Below, piece after piece: positions 1 through 8,440 of a DNA stretch of 64,000 nt; the stretch's first letter is position 1, and the number at the start of each line of letters is the position of its first letter. Source of the stretch: an uncultured Gammaproteobacteria bacterium (GTDB lineage Bacteria; Patescibacteriota; Microgenomatia; Levybacterales; UBA12049); assembly GCA_964490105.1 (NCBI GenBank), contig CAZAZU010000001.1:498361-562360 (forward strand), in the 5' to 3' direction. The notes under the pieces were generated by a model that saw only the letters and a list, made by a program, of their open reading frames with translations, was not told the DNA's origin and did no database searches. The position numbers and the translations under genes were made by a program.

Positions 1-1
1 A

Positions 2-490
2 GTTGCAGATTTTTATAAATCTAACTCACCCAGAATCCTAAAGTACTTACTCAAACATCTACCGAGTAAGGAAGATGCTGAGGATTTAACTAATGATGTC
101 TTTTTCGAAGCAATTGATTCCTTAAATCTCCTAACAAAAGAGGATAATCTACAGGCTTGGCTTTATAAAATCGCACATAATAAAATGGTCGATTATTATA
201 GAAAAAGAAAAATTAAATCTCTTCTTCTGTCTCAGATTCCATATTTAGAAATAATCGATAAAGAAGTTCATCAGCCGGAATTTCAATTCGAGAAAGACAG
301 AGTTCGAGATAAGATTGAAAAGACTTTAATAAGCCTTTCTGAAAAATATCAAAAAGTATTAAGACTTCATTACGAAGAAGGATTTTCAGTAAAAGAAATT
401 GCCGTAAGACTTAATATGTCTTTTAAAGCTACGGAATCGCTTTTATTTAGAGCAAGAAAACAATTCCAACTAGCATATGAATCCCGCTAA
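2..490 (+). CDS. ECF-type RNA polymerase sigma-70 factor (5' truncated by window edge)
   Basis: Frame is open from nt 2: region-2-like 'EDAEDLTNDVFFEA...LQAWLYKIAHNKMVDYYR' and region-4 HTH 'LRLHYEEGFSVKEIAVRLNMSFKATESLLFRAR'. Confidence 0.9.
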   Translation, partial: VADFYKSNSPRILKYLLKHLPSKEDAEDLTNDVFFEAIDSLNLLTKEDNLQAWLYKIAHNKMVDYYRKRKIKSLLLSQIPYLEIIDKEVHQPEFQFEKDRVRDKIEKTLISLSEKYQKVLRLHYEEGFSVKEIAVRLNMSFKATESLLFRARKQFQLAYESR

Positions 491-568
491 AAGCCGCGAT
501 CGCTTTTAAAAATTGGGGTCAGAGAAAGGAAAGGCAGGTGATCGCGATCTGCTTTTAAACGGGATGAA
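477..568 (+). mobile_element. Start-codon-inserted hairpin element, copy 1 (core 482-563, flanked by ATGAA direct repeats)
   Basis: ATGAA-TCCCGCTAAAAGCCGCGATCGC...GATCGCGATCTGCTTTTAAACGGG-ATGAA; homologous to 39392-39482 and 46869-46962. Confidence 0.8.
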
Positions 569-791
569 CGAAAATGAATTTATTTTAAAACTCCAGGAAA
601 GAGCTCGCACTCAAGAAAAAATTGTTAAAGATATGCCATTTTCAAATATTTTTTCGACCGTTAGTCTTTGGCTGGGACGTCATCCATATAGAATTCTGGT
701 GCCAATCGCATTCATACTGACTTTACTTTTTAGAGGTGTTTTAGGCCCAAAATACACTGACTTTGTGCTTTATATATTTAGAACAATATGA
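564..791 (+). CDS. Small membrane protein after ECF sigma (possible anti-sigma factor)
   Basis: ATG at 564 (MNENEF...); the longer 513 start in the ORF track lies inside the repeat. One or two C-terminal hydrophobic segments; the anti-sigma role is inferred from position only. Confidence 0.6.
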   Translation: MNENEFILKLQERARTQEKIVKDMPFSNIFSTVSLWLGRHPYRILVPIAFILTLLFRGVLGPKYTDFVLYIFRTI

Positions 792-1108
792 AGAAAAGAA
801 CATTTTTTATATACGTTGCATATGTTTGGACAAAAACTTTACTCGGTCTTACTTTTCATCCATACAGCTCAGTTAGGGAAACTTTAAGACGCCCAGTTTT
901 ACTACCTGTAATTATTAGCCCACTAATGGGACTTGGAGTTTTATTAATTGTCGGAAAACTTACTTCTCTTCTAATAACTGTTTATGATTTAAAAAGAGAA
1001 TTAATAGGAATTATCTTAAGTACCACTCTTATTTCAATCGTCTTCTGGCAGCTTTTACTTCTATATCTTCTACTAAGCTTCGTAACCGCATATCTAAAGA
1101 GGCGATAA
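788..1108 (+). CDS. Small multi-pass membrane protein
   Basis: ATGA overlap with the upstream gene; about three hydrophobic helices. Confidence 0.65.
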   Translation: MKKRTFFIYVAYVWTKTLLGLTFHPYSSVRETLRRPVLLPVIISPLMGLGVLLIVGKLTSLLITVYDLKRELIGIILSTTLISIVFWQLLLLYLLLSFVTAYLKRR

Positions 1109-1150
1109 AACTAGCATTTATAGCCTCGATAAGTTAAAATTACCATACAT

Positions 1151-1221
1151 TGCCAGATCATCTAATGGTAGGATAGCGGACTCTGAATCCGTTCATCTTG
1201 GTTCGAATCCAAGTCTGGCAG
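1151..1221 (+). tRNA. tRNA-Gln(CTG), CCA not encoded
   Basis: Acceptor TGCCAGA/TCTGGCA, D-loop TAATGGTA, anticodon arm GCGGA-CT-CTG-AA-TCCGT, T-loop GGTTCGAATCC. Confidence 0.95.
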
Positions 1222-1289
1222 CACAACTTCTTACATTTCCTCTACTATTCTCTAACTTAAATCTCAAAAGCTTAGTCTAGTATTGACTC

Positions 1290-1469
1290 ATGGCTAAGTA
1301 TAGTAAAAGAGCACAGGATAAAGTCCACATAGCAATGCATGAGATGAAAGAGGGAAAACTTAAAAGTAGTAGTGGCGACAAAGTTACTAACCCTAAACAA
1401 GCAATAGCGATTGGACTTTCAGAAGCGAGATCTGAGGGAGCAAAGGTTCCTAGAAAAAAGAAACAATAA
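1290..1469 (+). CDS. Small basic protein, DUF6496-like (59 aa; not in ORF track)
   Basis: MAKYSKRAQDKVHIAMHEMKEGKLKSSSGDKVTNPKQAIAIGLSEARSEGAKVPRKKKQ; the 'KVTNPKQAIAIGLSEAR..GAKVP' signature was recognised from memory. TAGTAT lies 6 nt before the ATG. Confidence 0.8.
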   Translation: MAKYSKRAQDKVHIAMHEMKEGKLKSSSGDKVTNPKQAIAIGLSEARSEGAKVPRKKKQ

Positions 1470-1470
1470 T

Positions 1471-1806
1471 ATGGAAATATTAAAAAATTATGGACTTTCC
1501 ATTGCTTTATTTCTTTTATTTGCAGGCTCATGGGGAGGACAGGCTTACTTTCAGTGGAATGAATTTACCTCCACCCAACAGGAACATAATGCGGAAATAA
1601 ATGTAAAAGATTTTTCAAATGAATTCCTATCAGCAACATTTGAAAATTGGCAGTCAGAATTCCTGCAACTATTTTCTTTTGTAGTACTAGCTACATACCT
1701 AATTCATAAAGGAAGTCCTCAATCAAAAGATGGAGATGATGAAATAAGAATAATGTTAAAAGACATTCAAAAGAAACTTGACACTACGAAGAAGAGAAAA
1801 CACTAA
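1471..1806 (+). CDS. Membrane protein, DUF6766-like
   Basis: Start at ATG 1471, 1 nt after the upstream stop; 'NYGLSIALFLLF..SW.GQ' and 'TFENWQSEFLQ...HKGSPQSKD' motifs. Confidence 0.75.
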   Translation: MEILKNYGLSIALFLLFAGSWGGQAYFQWNEFTSTQQEHNAEINVKDFSNEFLSATFENWQSEFLQLFSFVVLATYLIHKGSPQSKDGDDEIRIMLKDIQKKLDTTKKRKH

Positions 1807-3194
1807 ACTCTTTTTTTAAGATTTTCTATTATTTGATCACGGCCTTCTATTTTTACCATTGTCTCGATTAGCGGCAAACCTTGTTCTTTTCCTGTAATCA
1901 AAAAATAGATTATTTTCATGGAAACATTTTCCTGATCTCTAAAATTCTTAAGATGATTTAAGATTATGTCCTCTCTCCAGTCGGTGTGATTTATTTTTTC
2001 TAAAACTCCTAAAAGCTTTTTGCCGGATTCTTTTTCTTCGGACGTAAATTCTCTTTGTTTTTGTGGAGCATTAACTAAATTTCTAAATTCGGAAAGTTTT
2101 TTCATCCTGCTCTGAGCTAGGCCAATTAGTAAATCTACATGCTTACTATCAAACATTGCACTAAATTCCTTGTCATTTCTATAAAACTTTTCTAAGCGTT
2201 TTTTGAGCTCTAAGGAATCCATATTTCTAATCCACTGACCATTTATCCATTCTAATTTTGCGAGATCAAAAATAGGCCCGACAGGTTTTAAGTCTTTTGG
2301 ATCAAAAAGACTTATAAATTCCTGGATATCAAATACTTCTTTCTGCTCTGGATGACTCCAACCCATTAGAGCCAGGAAATTTAATATCGCTTCCGGTAAA
2401 AATCCCTCATCTTTATACCAATCTACGCTTGCATGTCCATGTCTTTTAGATAATTTAGACTTATCAGGATTTCTTAAAACCGGGGTATGATAAAACTTCG
2501 GCTTTTCCCAACCAAAATATTCATAAAGTAAAATATGCTTTGGAAGACTCGAAAGCCATTCTTCCCCTCTTACTACATCTGTAATCTCCATTAGATGGTC
2601 ATCAATAATTACAGCGAAGTGATATGTAGGAAATCCATCAGACTTCACAAGAACCGTATCTTCAATTAGACTAGAATCAAATTCTACATCTCCTCGAATT
2701 TCATCCCGTCCTACAAGTTTTGTATTTTCTGGAATTCTAAGGCGAAGAACGTGCGGCTCTGAAAGCCTCTCCTTTGATTCTTCAATTTTTAAACCTCTGC
2801 AATGACCATCATACATTGTGGGCTGATGACTTGCAGTTTGGGTTGCCCTTAAAGCATCTAGTCTTTCTTTTGTACAAAAACAATAATAAGCGCCGTTTTT
2901 TTCAACTAAATCCAATGCATATTTGGCATAAATCTCAAGCCTTTCAGATTGACGATACGGCCCAAAGTCCCCGCCTTTTCTCACACTTTCATCCTCAATT
3001 AGTGAAAACCAGTCAATTGCTTCAAAAATTTTATCCTCTGATCCTTCTACAAAACGAGCTCTATCTGTATCTTCAATTCTTACTAAAAACTTTCCTTTAT
3101 TTCTCCTGGCATATGCATAATCAAATAAGGCCTGATAAACAGTCCCTATATGCGGAAACCCGGTTGGACTTGGTGCAACTCTAGTTCTAGTCAT
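1803..3194 (-). CDS. gltX: Glutamate--tRNA ligase
   Basis: RTRVAPSPTGFPHIG (HIGH), RIEDTD, KLSKR (KMSKS), RGEEW. Confidence 0.97.
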   Translation of the reverse strand: MTRTRVAPSPTGFPHIGTVYQALFDYAYARRNKGKFLVRIEDTDRARFVEGSEDKIFEAIDWFSLIEDESVRKGGDFGPYRQSERLEIYAKYALDLVEKNGAYYCFCTKERLDALRATQTASHQPTMYDGHCRGLKIEESKERLSEPHVLRLRIPENTKLVGRDEIRGDVEFDSSLIEDTVLVKSDGFPTYHFAVIIDDHLMEITDVVRGEEWLSSLPKHILLYEYFGWEKPKFYHTPVLRNPDKSKLSKRHGHASVDWYKDEGFLPEAILNFLALMGWSHPEQKEVFDIQEFISLFDPKDLKPVGPIFDLAKLEWINGQWIRNMDSLELKKRLEKFYRNDKEFSAMFDSKHVDLLIGLAQSRMKKLSEFRNLVNAPQKQREFTSEEKESGKKLLGVLEKINHTDWREDIILNHLKNFRDQENVSMKIIYFLITGKEQGLPLIETMVKIEGRDQIIENLKKRV

Positions 3195-3217
3195 AGATTC
3201 ATTATATATCTAAAAAG

Positions 3218-3327
3218 GCTCAGAGAGCTTACGAAATTTTCGAAGCGAGAATTTGCGGGGCAGGAACCGGGAAAATAAAAACTTTCTCCGCGCGCGCAGT
3301 CTCGAAAATTTTGCGAGCGACCTGGGC
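3218..3327. repeat. GC-rich long imperfect inverted repeat between divergent promoters
   Basis: GAAATTTTCGA (3233-3243) pairs with TCGAAAATTTT (3302-3312); outer GCTCAG/CTGGGC, inner TGCG/CGCA. Confidence 0.55.
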
Positions 3328-3374
3328 AACCTTGTCATTTGCATTGTAGCTAAAATCTCCTTTATACTCAATAT

Positions 3375-4421
3375 ATGCCCACAACTCTAAGTAAATTTAA
3401 GAGTCAGTTTTTAGTGGTGGCCAAATGGGCTGCAATTATAACTGGGATTCTCGTTGGAATTTTTGTTTTGATAAAAATAGCTTTTTTTGTAAAAGAGCTT
3501 ATTTCTCCTACTCCACCACCCCCGCCTACTGTTAGTTTTGGTAAATTACCTCCTATCTATTTCCCTGAGAGCATAAATAAAAAGTTTACATACTCGGTAG
3601 ACACTCTTAGTGGGGAACTCCCAACTCTACCAGACAGAACCAAAGTTTATGAAATGGAAAAACCAGGACCCGACATCCTAGCAGTACAAAGAGCAATCGA
3701 AAAAGTTTCCTCTGTGGGATTTACATCAAAGCCAGAGCAACTCTCAGACATACAATACCGCTGGACAAGTCTTGGTCCACCTGCGAAAAGTCTTGTTTTA
3801 AATGTAAACATGGCTTCGTTTACCCTATATTCTTCATACCTTACTGATCCTTTCGTTCTTTCTGGTGCTTCGCTTGGAAATGAGGAGGATGCAGTAAACA
3901 CTGCAAAAACGTTCTTAAATGCACTAAATCTTTACCCGGAAGATATTGATGATGATAAAACAAAGATAGAATTATTCTCAATTAACAACGAGGTATTGGG
4001 CCCGGCAGAAAGCTTATCTAGAGCAAAACTTATAAGTGTTTCGTTTTTTCAGAAAGATAAAGATGAAATAAAAATGGTTTATCCTGGGGGTAAAAATTCA
4101 ACCATGAATTTAGTAATCGGATCTGGTGACAGAGAATCTCTTGTTGTAAATGCAAGATTTTTTTATCAAAAAGCTACAGATAAATCCGCAACGTATCCAA
4201 TAAAAACTTCCCAAGAAGCATTTGAGGAATTGAAAAATGGTAAAGGAAGAATAGTCAGTCAAAAAGGTGACAGTTTAAATATTGTTATTAAAAATGTTTA
4301 CCTGGGATATTATTCAGAAGGAAAACAGCAGGATTACTTGATGCCTGTTATTGTTTTTGAAGGTACCAACGATTTTATTGCCTATATCTCTGCTGTTAAG
4401 GACGAATGGATAGATAAGTAA
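3375..4421 (+). CDS. Membrane-anchored extracytoplasmic hypothetical protein
   Basis: 348 aa; N-terminal TM helix, PTPPPPPT linker, beta-rich remainder. Confidence 0.75.
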   Translation: MPTTLSKFKSQFLVVAKWAAIITGILVGIFVLIKIAFFVKELISPTPPPPPTVSFGKLPPIYFPESINKKFTYSVDTLSGELPTLPDRTKVYEMEKPGPDILAVQRAIEKVSSVGFTSKPEQLSDIQYRWTSLGPPAKSLVLNVNMASFTLYSSYLTDPFVLSGASLGNEEDAVNTAKTFLNALNLYPEDIDDDKTKIELFSINNEVLGPAESLSRAKLISVSFFQKDKDEIKMVYPGGKNSTMNLVIGSGDRESLVVNARFFYQKATDKSATYPIKTSQEAFEELKNGKGRIVSQKGDSLNIVIKNVYLGYYSEGKQQDYLMPVIVFEGTNDFIAYISAVKDEWIDK

Positions 4422-5307
4422 TATTATTATCCAGATAATTAAGAAGTGTTTGTGTATCCCCAAATCTATCCTGGCTTTGCATAACTACAAATATTAAATC
4501 AGCATTTTCCGAAGGCAAATTTCGGGAAGTTACCAAAACCTGACCTGCCCCATCTGTAAAACCAGTTTTTACGCCGTTTACACCAGGAATATCAAGTAAT
4601 ATATTTATATTTTTTATAGTGTATTTTACGCCATCCAAACTTTGAATTTGTCGGCTTTTAGTAGAGACTACCTCTCTAAACTTAGGATCATTCATTGCAA
4701 TACTCGTAAGTCTTGCCAAATCAATTGCAGTGGTATAGTCTTTTTCGTCCAGCAATCCAATCGGTTCTTCAAAATAAGTATCGTGTAAGTTATACGCTTG
4801 TGCTTTTTCGTTCATTCTGGCTACGAATGCTTTTTCTCCCCCAGGATAATTTTCGGCAATTGCCTGCGTTGCATCATTTGAAGAAGGAAGCATCATGGCA
4901 TAAAGAAGATCTTCAAATGTAAATTCATAATTAAGCGGAAGCTTAAGCGTAGTTCCCTCTACATTCGATTTATAAATAGTCAAAGTGTCCGCTAATTTAT
5001 AGTATTCTAATGCGACGAGCGCAGTCATAATCTTAGTAGTAGAAGCAGGAGAAAACCTTAAATTAGGATTTTTTTCAAATAAAACCACTTGCGACTCTTT
5101 ATCAATTACTACAGCACCCTGAGCAGAAATTACTGGATACAAAGAGAAATTAACCTGAGGATACCTTGCAGGAAAAAATTCAATCGGACTCGTGAAAGTT
5201 CCAATTAACGAATTTTGTTTTTTTAGTTCTATATTTAGGAGTGCTAAAAAACTAAATGTTGCAAAAACGATTACTAGAGATATGAAGTAGAAGATCTTTA
5301 CTTTCAT
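4396..5307 (-). CDS. dacA: D-alanyl-D-alanine carboxypeptidase (peptidase S11)
   Basis: PASTTK (SxxK), SSN (SxN), KTG motifs; N-terminal TM. Confidence 0.9.
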   Translation of the reverse strand: MKVKIFYFISLVIVFATFSFLALLNIELKKQNSLIGTFTSPIEFFPARYPQVNFSLYPVISAQGAVVIDKESQVVLFEKNPNLRFSPASTTKIMTALVALEYYKLADTLTIYKSNVEGTTLKLPLNYEFTFEDLLYAMMLPSSNDATQAIAENYPGGEKAFVARMNEKAQAYNLHDTYFEEPIGLLDEKDYTTAIDLARLTSIAMNDPKFREVVSTKSRQIQSLDGVKYTIKNINILLDIPGVNGVKTGFTDGAGQVLVTSRNLPSENADLIFVVMQSQDRFGDTQTLLNYLDNNITYLSIRP

Positions 5308-5312
5308 CCATT

Positions 5313-6737
5313 TTACTTTGTGACGATTTTAATTCCTAGTTCTTTTAGTTGATCTTCTGAAACAGGAGCTGGGGCGTCCATTACAGAAGTTCTCCCAGTT
5401 GAAGTCATCGGAAATGCCATTGCCTCCTTTATAGACTCTTCACCTTTTAAGAGCGCTATATGACGATCAAGTCCCAGCGCGATTCCTCCATGAGGAGGAG
5501 CACCAAATGAAAATGCTTCAAGCATATGCCCGATACTTTCATTTATTTCCTCATCTGAATAACCCATAATCTTATAAGTAGCTCTGAGTATTTCAGGGGT
5601 ATGTGCCCTCACACTTCCTCCACCTGCCTCAAGTCCATTACAAACTAAATCATATTGCGTAGTCATAATCTCTTGGATGTTTTCGCCTTTCATTAAATTA
5701 TCCAAGTGCTCTGGGAGAGGCATGCTAAAAGGATTATGGGTAAAAGTCCATTCGCTCTTACTATCCAAACTATCTGAGATTTCAGTCTTACTTACTTTCC
5801 TGAAGAATGGGAAATTTATAACCCAAGCAAATGCAAGTGTCCCGTCTTTCTTTTCTTCTTCTGTCCTTAAATCAAATTTATCCGCTCCATATTTCGAAAT
5901 CGCTTCCGTATAAGTAATTACTGGAAATTTTTCATCTTTTAATTTTCCGCCAACTGCTTTAACTGCGTCCTTAACTGCGCTTTCAGTTGTCTCCATAACG
6001 TCTTCTCGAGTTGCAAAACTCATCTCAAGATCTAACTGCGCGAACTCAAATCCTCTGTCTGCTCTTAAATCTTCATCCCTAAAACATTTTGGAAATTGGA
6101 AATATCTTTCAAATCCCGCCACCATCAGAAGCTGCTTATATTGCTGGGGTGATTGGGGTAGTGCATAAAATTTCCCCGGCTGAAAACGGGATGGAACTAT
6201 AAAGTCTCTCGCACCTTCCATAGTAGCCTTGGAAAGCACCGGTGTTTCTATCTCTACAAAATCTTTCTTGATCAAAGACTGGCGGAGCGCCTGCATGTAG
6301 TCACTCCTTAGTCTTATGTTGTCCTGCATTCTTGGCCGTCTTAAATCAAGATATCTATATTTCAAACGAACTTCTTCATTGATATCCAAACCATCACTTG
6401 TAACATCAAAGGGTGGGGTCTCTGATTTAGCTAGAATCTTTACATCTAAAACCTCAAGCTCTACAGTTCCAGTTAAAAGATCCTTATTAATATTTTTTTC
6501 GGGTCTAGCATTAATTTTTCCGGTAATTTCTACTACAAATTCTGGCCTTAATTCCCCGGCTTTAGTATGTGCTTCAGGAGAACTGCTTGGGATAACTACT
6601 GCCTGGATTTTTCCTGATCTATCCCTAAGATCTAAGAAGATTAATTTCCCATGATCGCGTCTTATATCTACCCAACCCTGTATTAAAACTTCTTCGCCAA
6701 CCTTACTAACAGTATCTTTTATGAGTGTTCTTTGCAT
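5313..6737 (-). CDS. aspS: Aspartate--tRNA ligase (compact form, GAD insert reduced)
   Basis: OB-fold 'GWVDIRRDHGKLIFLDLRDRSG', LPQSPQQYKQLLM, FRDEDLRADR, GAPPHGGIALGLDR. Confidence 0.95.
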   Translation of the reverse strand: MQRTLIKDTVSKVGEEVLIQGWVDIRRDHGKLIFLDLRDRSGKIQAVVIPSSSPEAHTKAGELRPEFVVEITGKINARPEKNINKDLLTGTVELEVLDVKILAKSETPPFDVTSDGLDINEEVRLKYRYLDLRRPRMQDNIRLRSDYMQALRQSLIKKDFVEIETPVLSKATMEGARDFIVPSRFQPGKFYALPQSPQQYKQLLMVAGFERYFQFPKCFRDEDLRADRGFEFAQLDLEMSFATREDVMETTESAVKDAVKAVGGKLKDEKFPVITYTEAISKYGADKFDLRTEEEKKDGTLAFAWVINFPFFRKVSKTEISDSLDSKSEWTFTHNPFSMPLPEHLDNLMKGENIQEIMTTQYDLVCNGLEAGGGSVRAHTPEILRATYKIMGYSDEEINESIGHMLEAFSFGAPPHGGIALGLDRHIALLKGEESIKEAMAFPMTSTGRTSVMDAPAPVSEDQLKELGIKIVTK

Positions 6738-6779
6738 ATGTGTATTTTAATATTTTGCCCAAAGCTACACAAGCCTCAA

Positions 6780-6808
6780 TTGACTACTACTATAAGCTAT
6801 GCTAAAAT
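6780..6808 (+). promoter_or_regulatory. Sigma70 promoter, probably leaderless
   Basis: TTGACT-17 nt-TAAAAT with extended TG; ATG 6 nt downstream at 6815. Confidence 0.7.
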
Positions 6809-6814
6809 CCCGCT

Positions 6815-8440
6815 ATGACAAGAGCTGAAGGCACACCAACCGGACAAACAGGGAAGAAAATTGGCGAAGGATCTGCTTTGCGTGTAGATTTGTCTAAAGA
6901 AGGACCTGGTAAAAGGACAAAACCCCCAACAACCTTACAAGAAGATCCCCACCTAAGACATAAATACGTTCCCTTAATGCAGGGCGAAACTTTTCCGTTT
7001 GATATTAGATTTGCGAGACCATATCAGCAGCGACAAGCTGACAGCAGTACCCCCTTCGAACCCCGTTTCGCATGGGCAGCTGCTCTTGCACATTCTCCAG
7101 AACTTCGTGAAGAATTCCTAGCTCATAGAACAGAATACAGGACTGCTATGGGAAATGTTTTACAACTTTTAGATATTACGGATGCAAGAGAAATTCCAAG
7201 AGCATTCGACGCAAGAGGGAAAGCTGCAAAAATAGTCGATATCAACAGAGCTATTGGGAGATTGTATTCACCGCAAACTGAAGGAAGAAGAGCACCAAAA
7301 GACTCTCGAAAAGCTAAAACAGTTGAAGATTATGCAAAATCTGCTGACACCTTCATTAGCGGTCTTCGATTAAACGATGGAATATTAAATCCCATCGCAT
7401 ACAAAATTCGTCCCTCAGAAGAGGCAGTAAGTAGATCAAATCCGTATGAACTTCTGGAGCTTGCGTTTACTCCAGGAAATTCACCAAAGCTTGGTTTTGA
7501 AGCGCTCAGAAAACTATTTCTTGGAACTAAAATTGCTGCAGTCGATGCTGTATCTGCGGAACTCGAAGAAGGAGATACATATAGAAAGTTTACTGATTTA
7601 CTCGATAAGTTAGTCTGGGATCAGGAACATCCTAAGGGATATACAGAAGATGTAGTCTTATTAAGTAAACACGATATGGAAACCTACGACGTTCTTTATG
7701 AATTAATGGATGGAACATTAGTTACATTTGATAAAATACCTGATGCAGAGCGAGAAACAGCAAAACCTGCAATCGCTGAAGTCCCAGCAAATGAAAAGGA
7801 TGCTATTGAAACTGCGGTAAGAAAAAGCGATCCTGATCAAATGGGGCACCATCTTAGATTAACCACTCTGCAATCCAGATTATTTAAACATAACGGTGTT
7901 TCACATCATGCTTTTGTAGATAAAAGACAGAAAAAGTTTCATTCATGGGTCATGAAAATGCTTCGTAAAGGTGAGGACGAACCAACAGTGGCGGTCGAAG
8001 ATAGAATTGGAATGATGCTTGTTGTTAAAGATACCGAAGAAGCTGACATGCTTGTGGAACAACTTCAGATGGCAGGCAGAAGAACTGGAAGCATACTTCT
8101 TCCAGAAGGCATAGAAGATAATCTCAAAAGAAAAGGAAAAAAGAAAAAGTACAGTGCAAAAAACGCAGGAAGCTCGAATGAGACAGAAATGATGAAATTC
8201 TATGCAAGGGTGCACGGAATGAGAATCGAAGTTATAATCCATACACATGAGTCTTACCTTAATTATCAGTATTCAGATAGGACTGGTCATGATGATTTTG
8301 AAATCAAGAGATTTTTCGACAGTGGGCTCTTTCAACTTCTCTTTCCACAATCAATCTACCCCGAGGTAAATCCTGAAGAAGATAGAGAATATCTATTGGA
8401 AGAAAAACGCAGAGCGAAAAGAACACAAAGAATTGGTTAA
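6815..8440 (+). CDS. Hypothetical protein with C-terminal RelA/SpoT-like nucleotidyltransferase domain
   Basis: 'RQKKFHSWVMKMLRK...VEDRIGMMLVV...RIEVIIHT' resembles synthetase motifs RxKxxxSxxxK, DxxGxR and EvQirT, but is degenerate. Confidence 0.5.
   Translation: MTRAEGTPTGQTGKKIGEGSALRVDLSKEGPGKRTKPPTTLQEDPHLRHKYVPLMQGETFPFDIRFARPYQQRQADSSTPFEPRFAWAAALAHSPELREEFLAHRTEYRTAMGNVLQLLDITDAREIPRAFDARGKAAKIVDINRAIGRLYSPQTEGRRAPKDSRKAKTVEDYAKSADTFISGLRLNDGILNPIAYKIRPSEEAVSRSNPYELLELAFTPGNSPKLGFEALRKLFLGTKIAAVDAVSAELEEGDTYRKFTDLLDKLVWDQEHPKGYTEDVVLLSKHDMETYDVLYELMDGTLVTFDKIPDAERETAKPAIAEVPANEKDAIETAVRKSDPDQMGHHLRLTTLQSRLFKHNGVSHHAFVDKRQKKFHSWVMKMLRKGEDEPTVAVEDRIGMMLVVKDTEEADMLVEQLQMAGRRTGSILLPEGIEDNLKRKGKKKKYSAKNAGSSNETEMMKFYARVHGMRIEVIIHTHESYLNYQYSDRTGHDDFEIKRFFDSGLFQLLFPQSIYPEVNPEEDREYLLEEKRRAKRTQRIG

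Noticed and set aside
513-563. N-terminal extension MGSEKGKAGDRDLLLNG of the 513..791 ORF
   Set aside because: It lies entirely inside the repeat element; the probable start is the duplicated ATG at 564.
477-568. The three-copy repeat as a CRISPR repeat or as cyanobacterial HIP1 (GCGATCGC)
   Set aside because: The copies are dispersed with no repeat-spacer array or cas genes, and I noticed GCGATCGC only within the element.
1277-1531. 84-aa minus-strand ORF and the 1411 start of the next ORF
   Set aside because: These are shadows of the better-supported plus-strand genes 1290-1469 and 1471-1806.
1151-1806. Integrative element at tRNA-Gln
   Set aside because: No integrase and no duplicated tRNA 3' end were seen in the window.
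3250-3300. SRP RNA or 6S RNA in the gltX intergenic hairpin
   Set aside because: It lacks the SRP helix-8 CAGG…GGAA…GCAGC signature and is too short for a typical 6S RNA.
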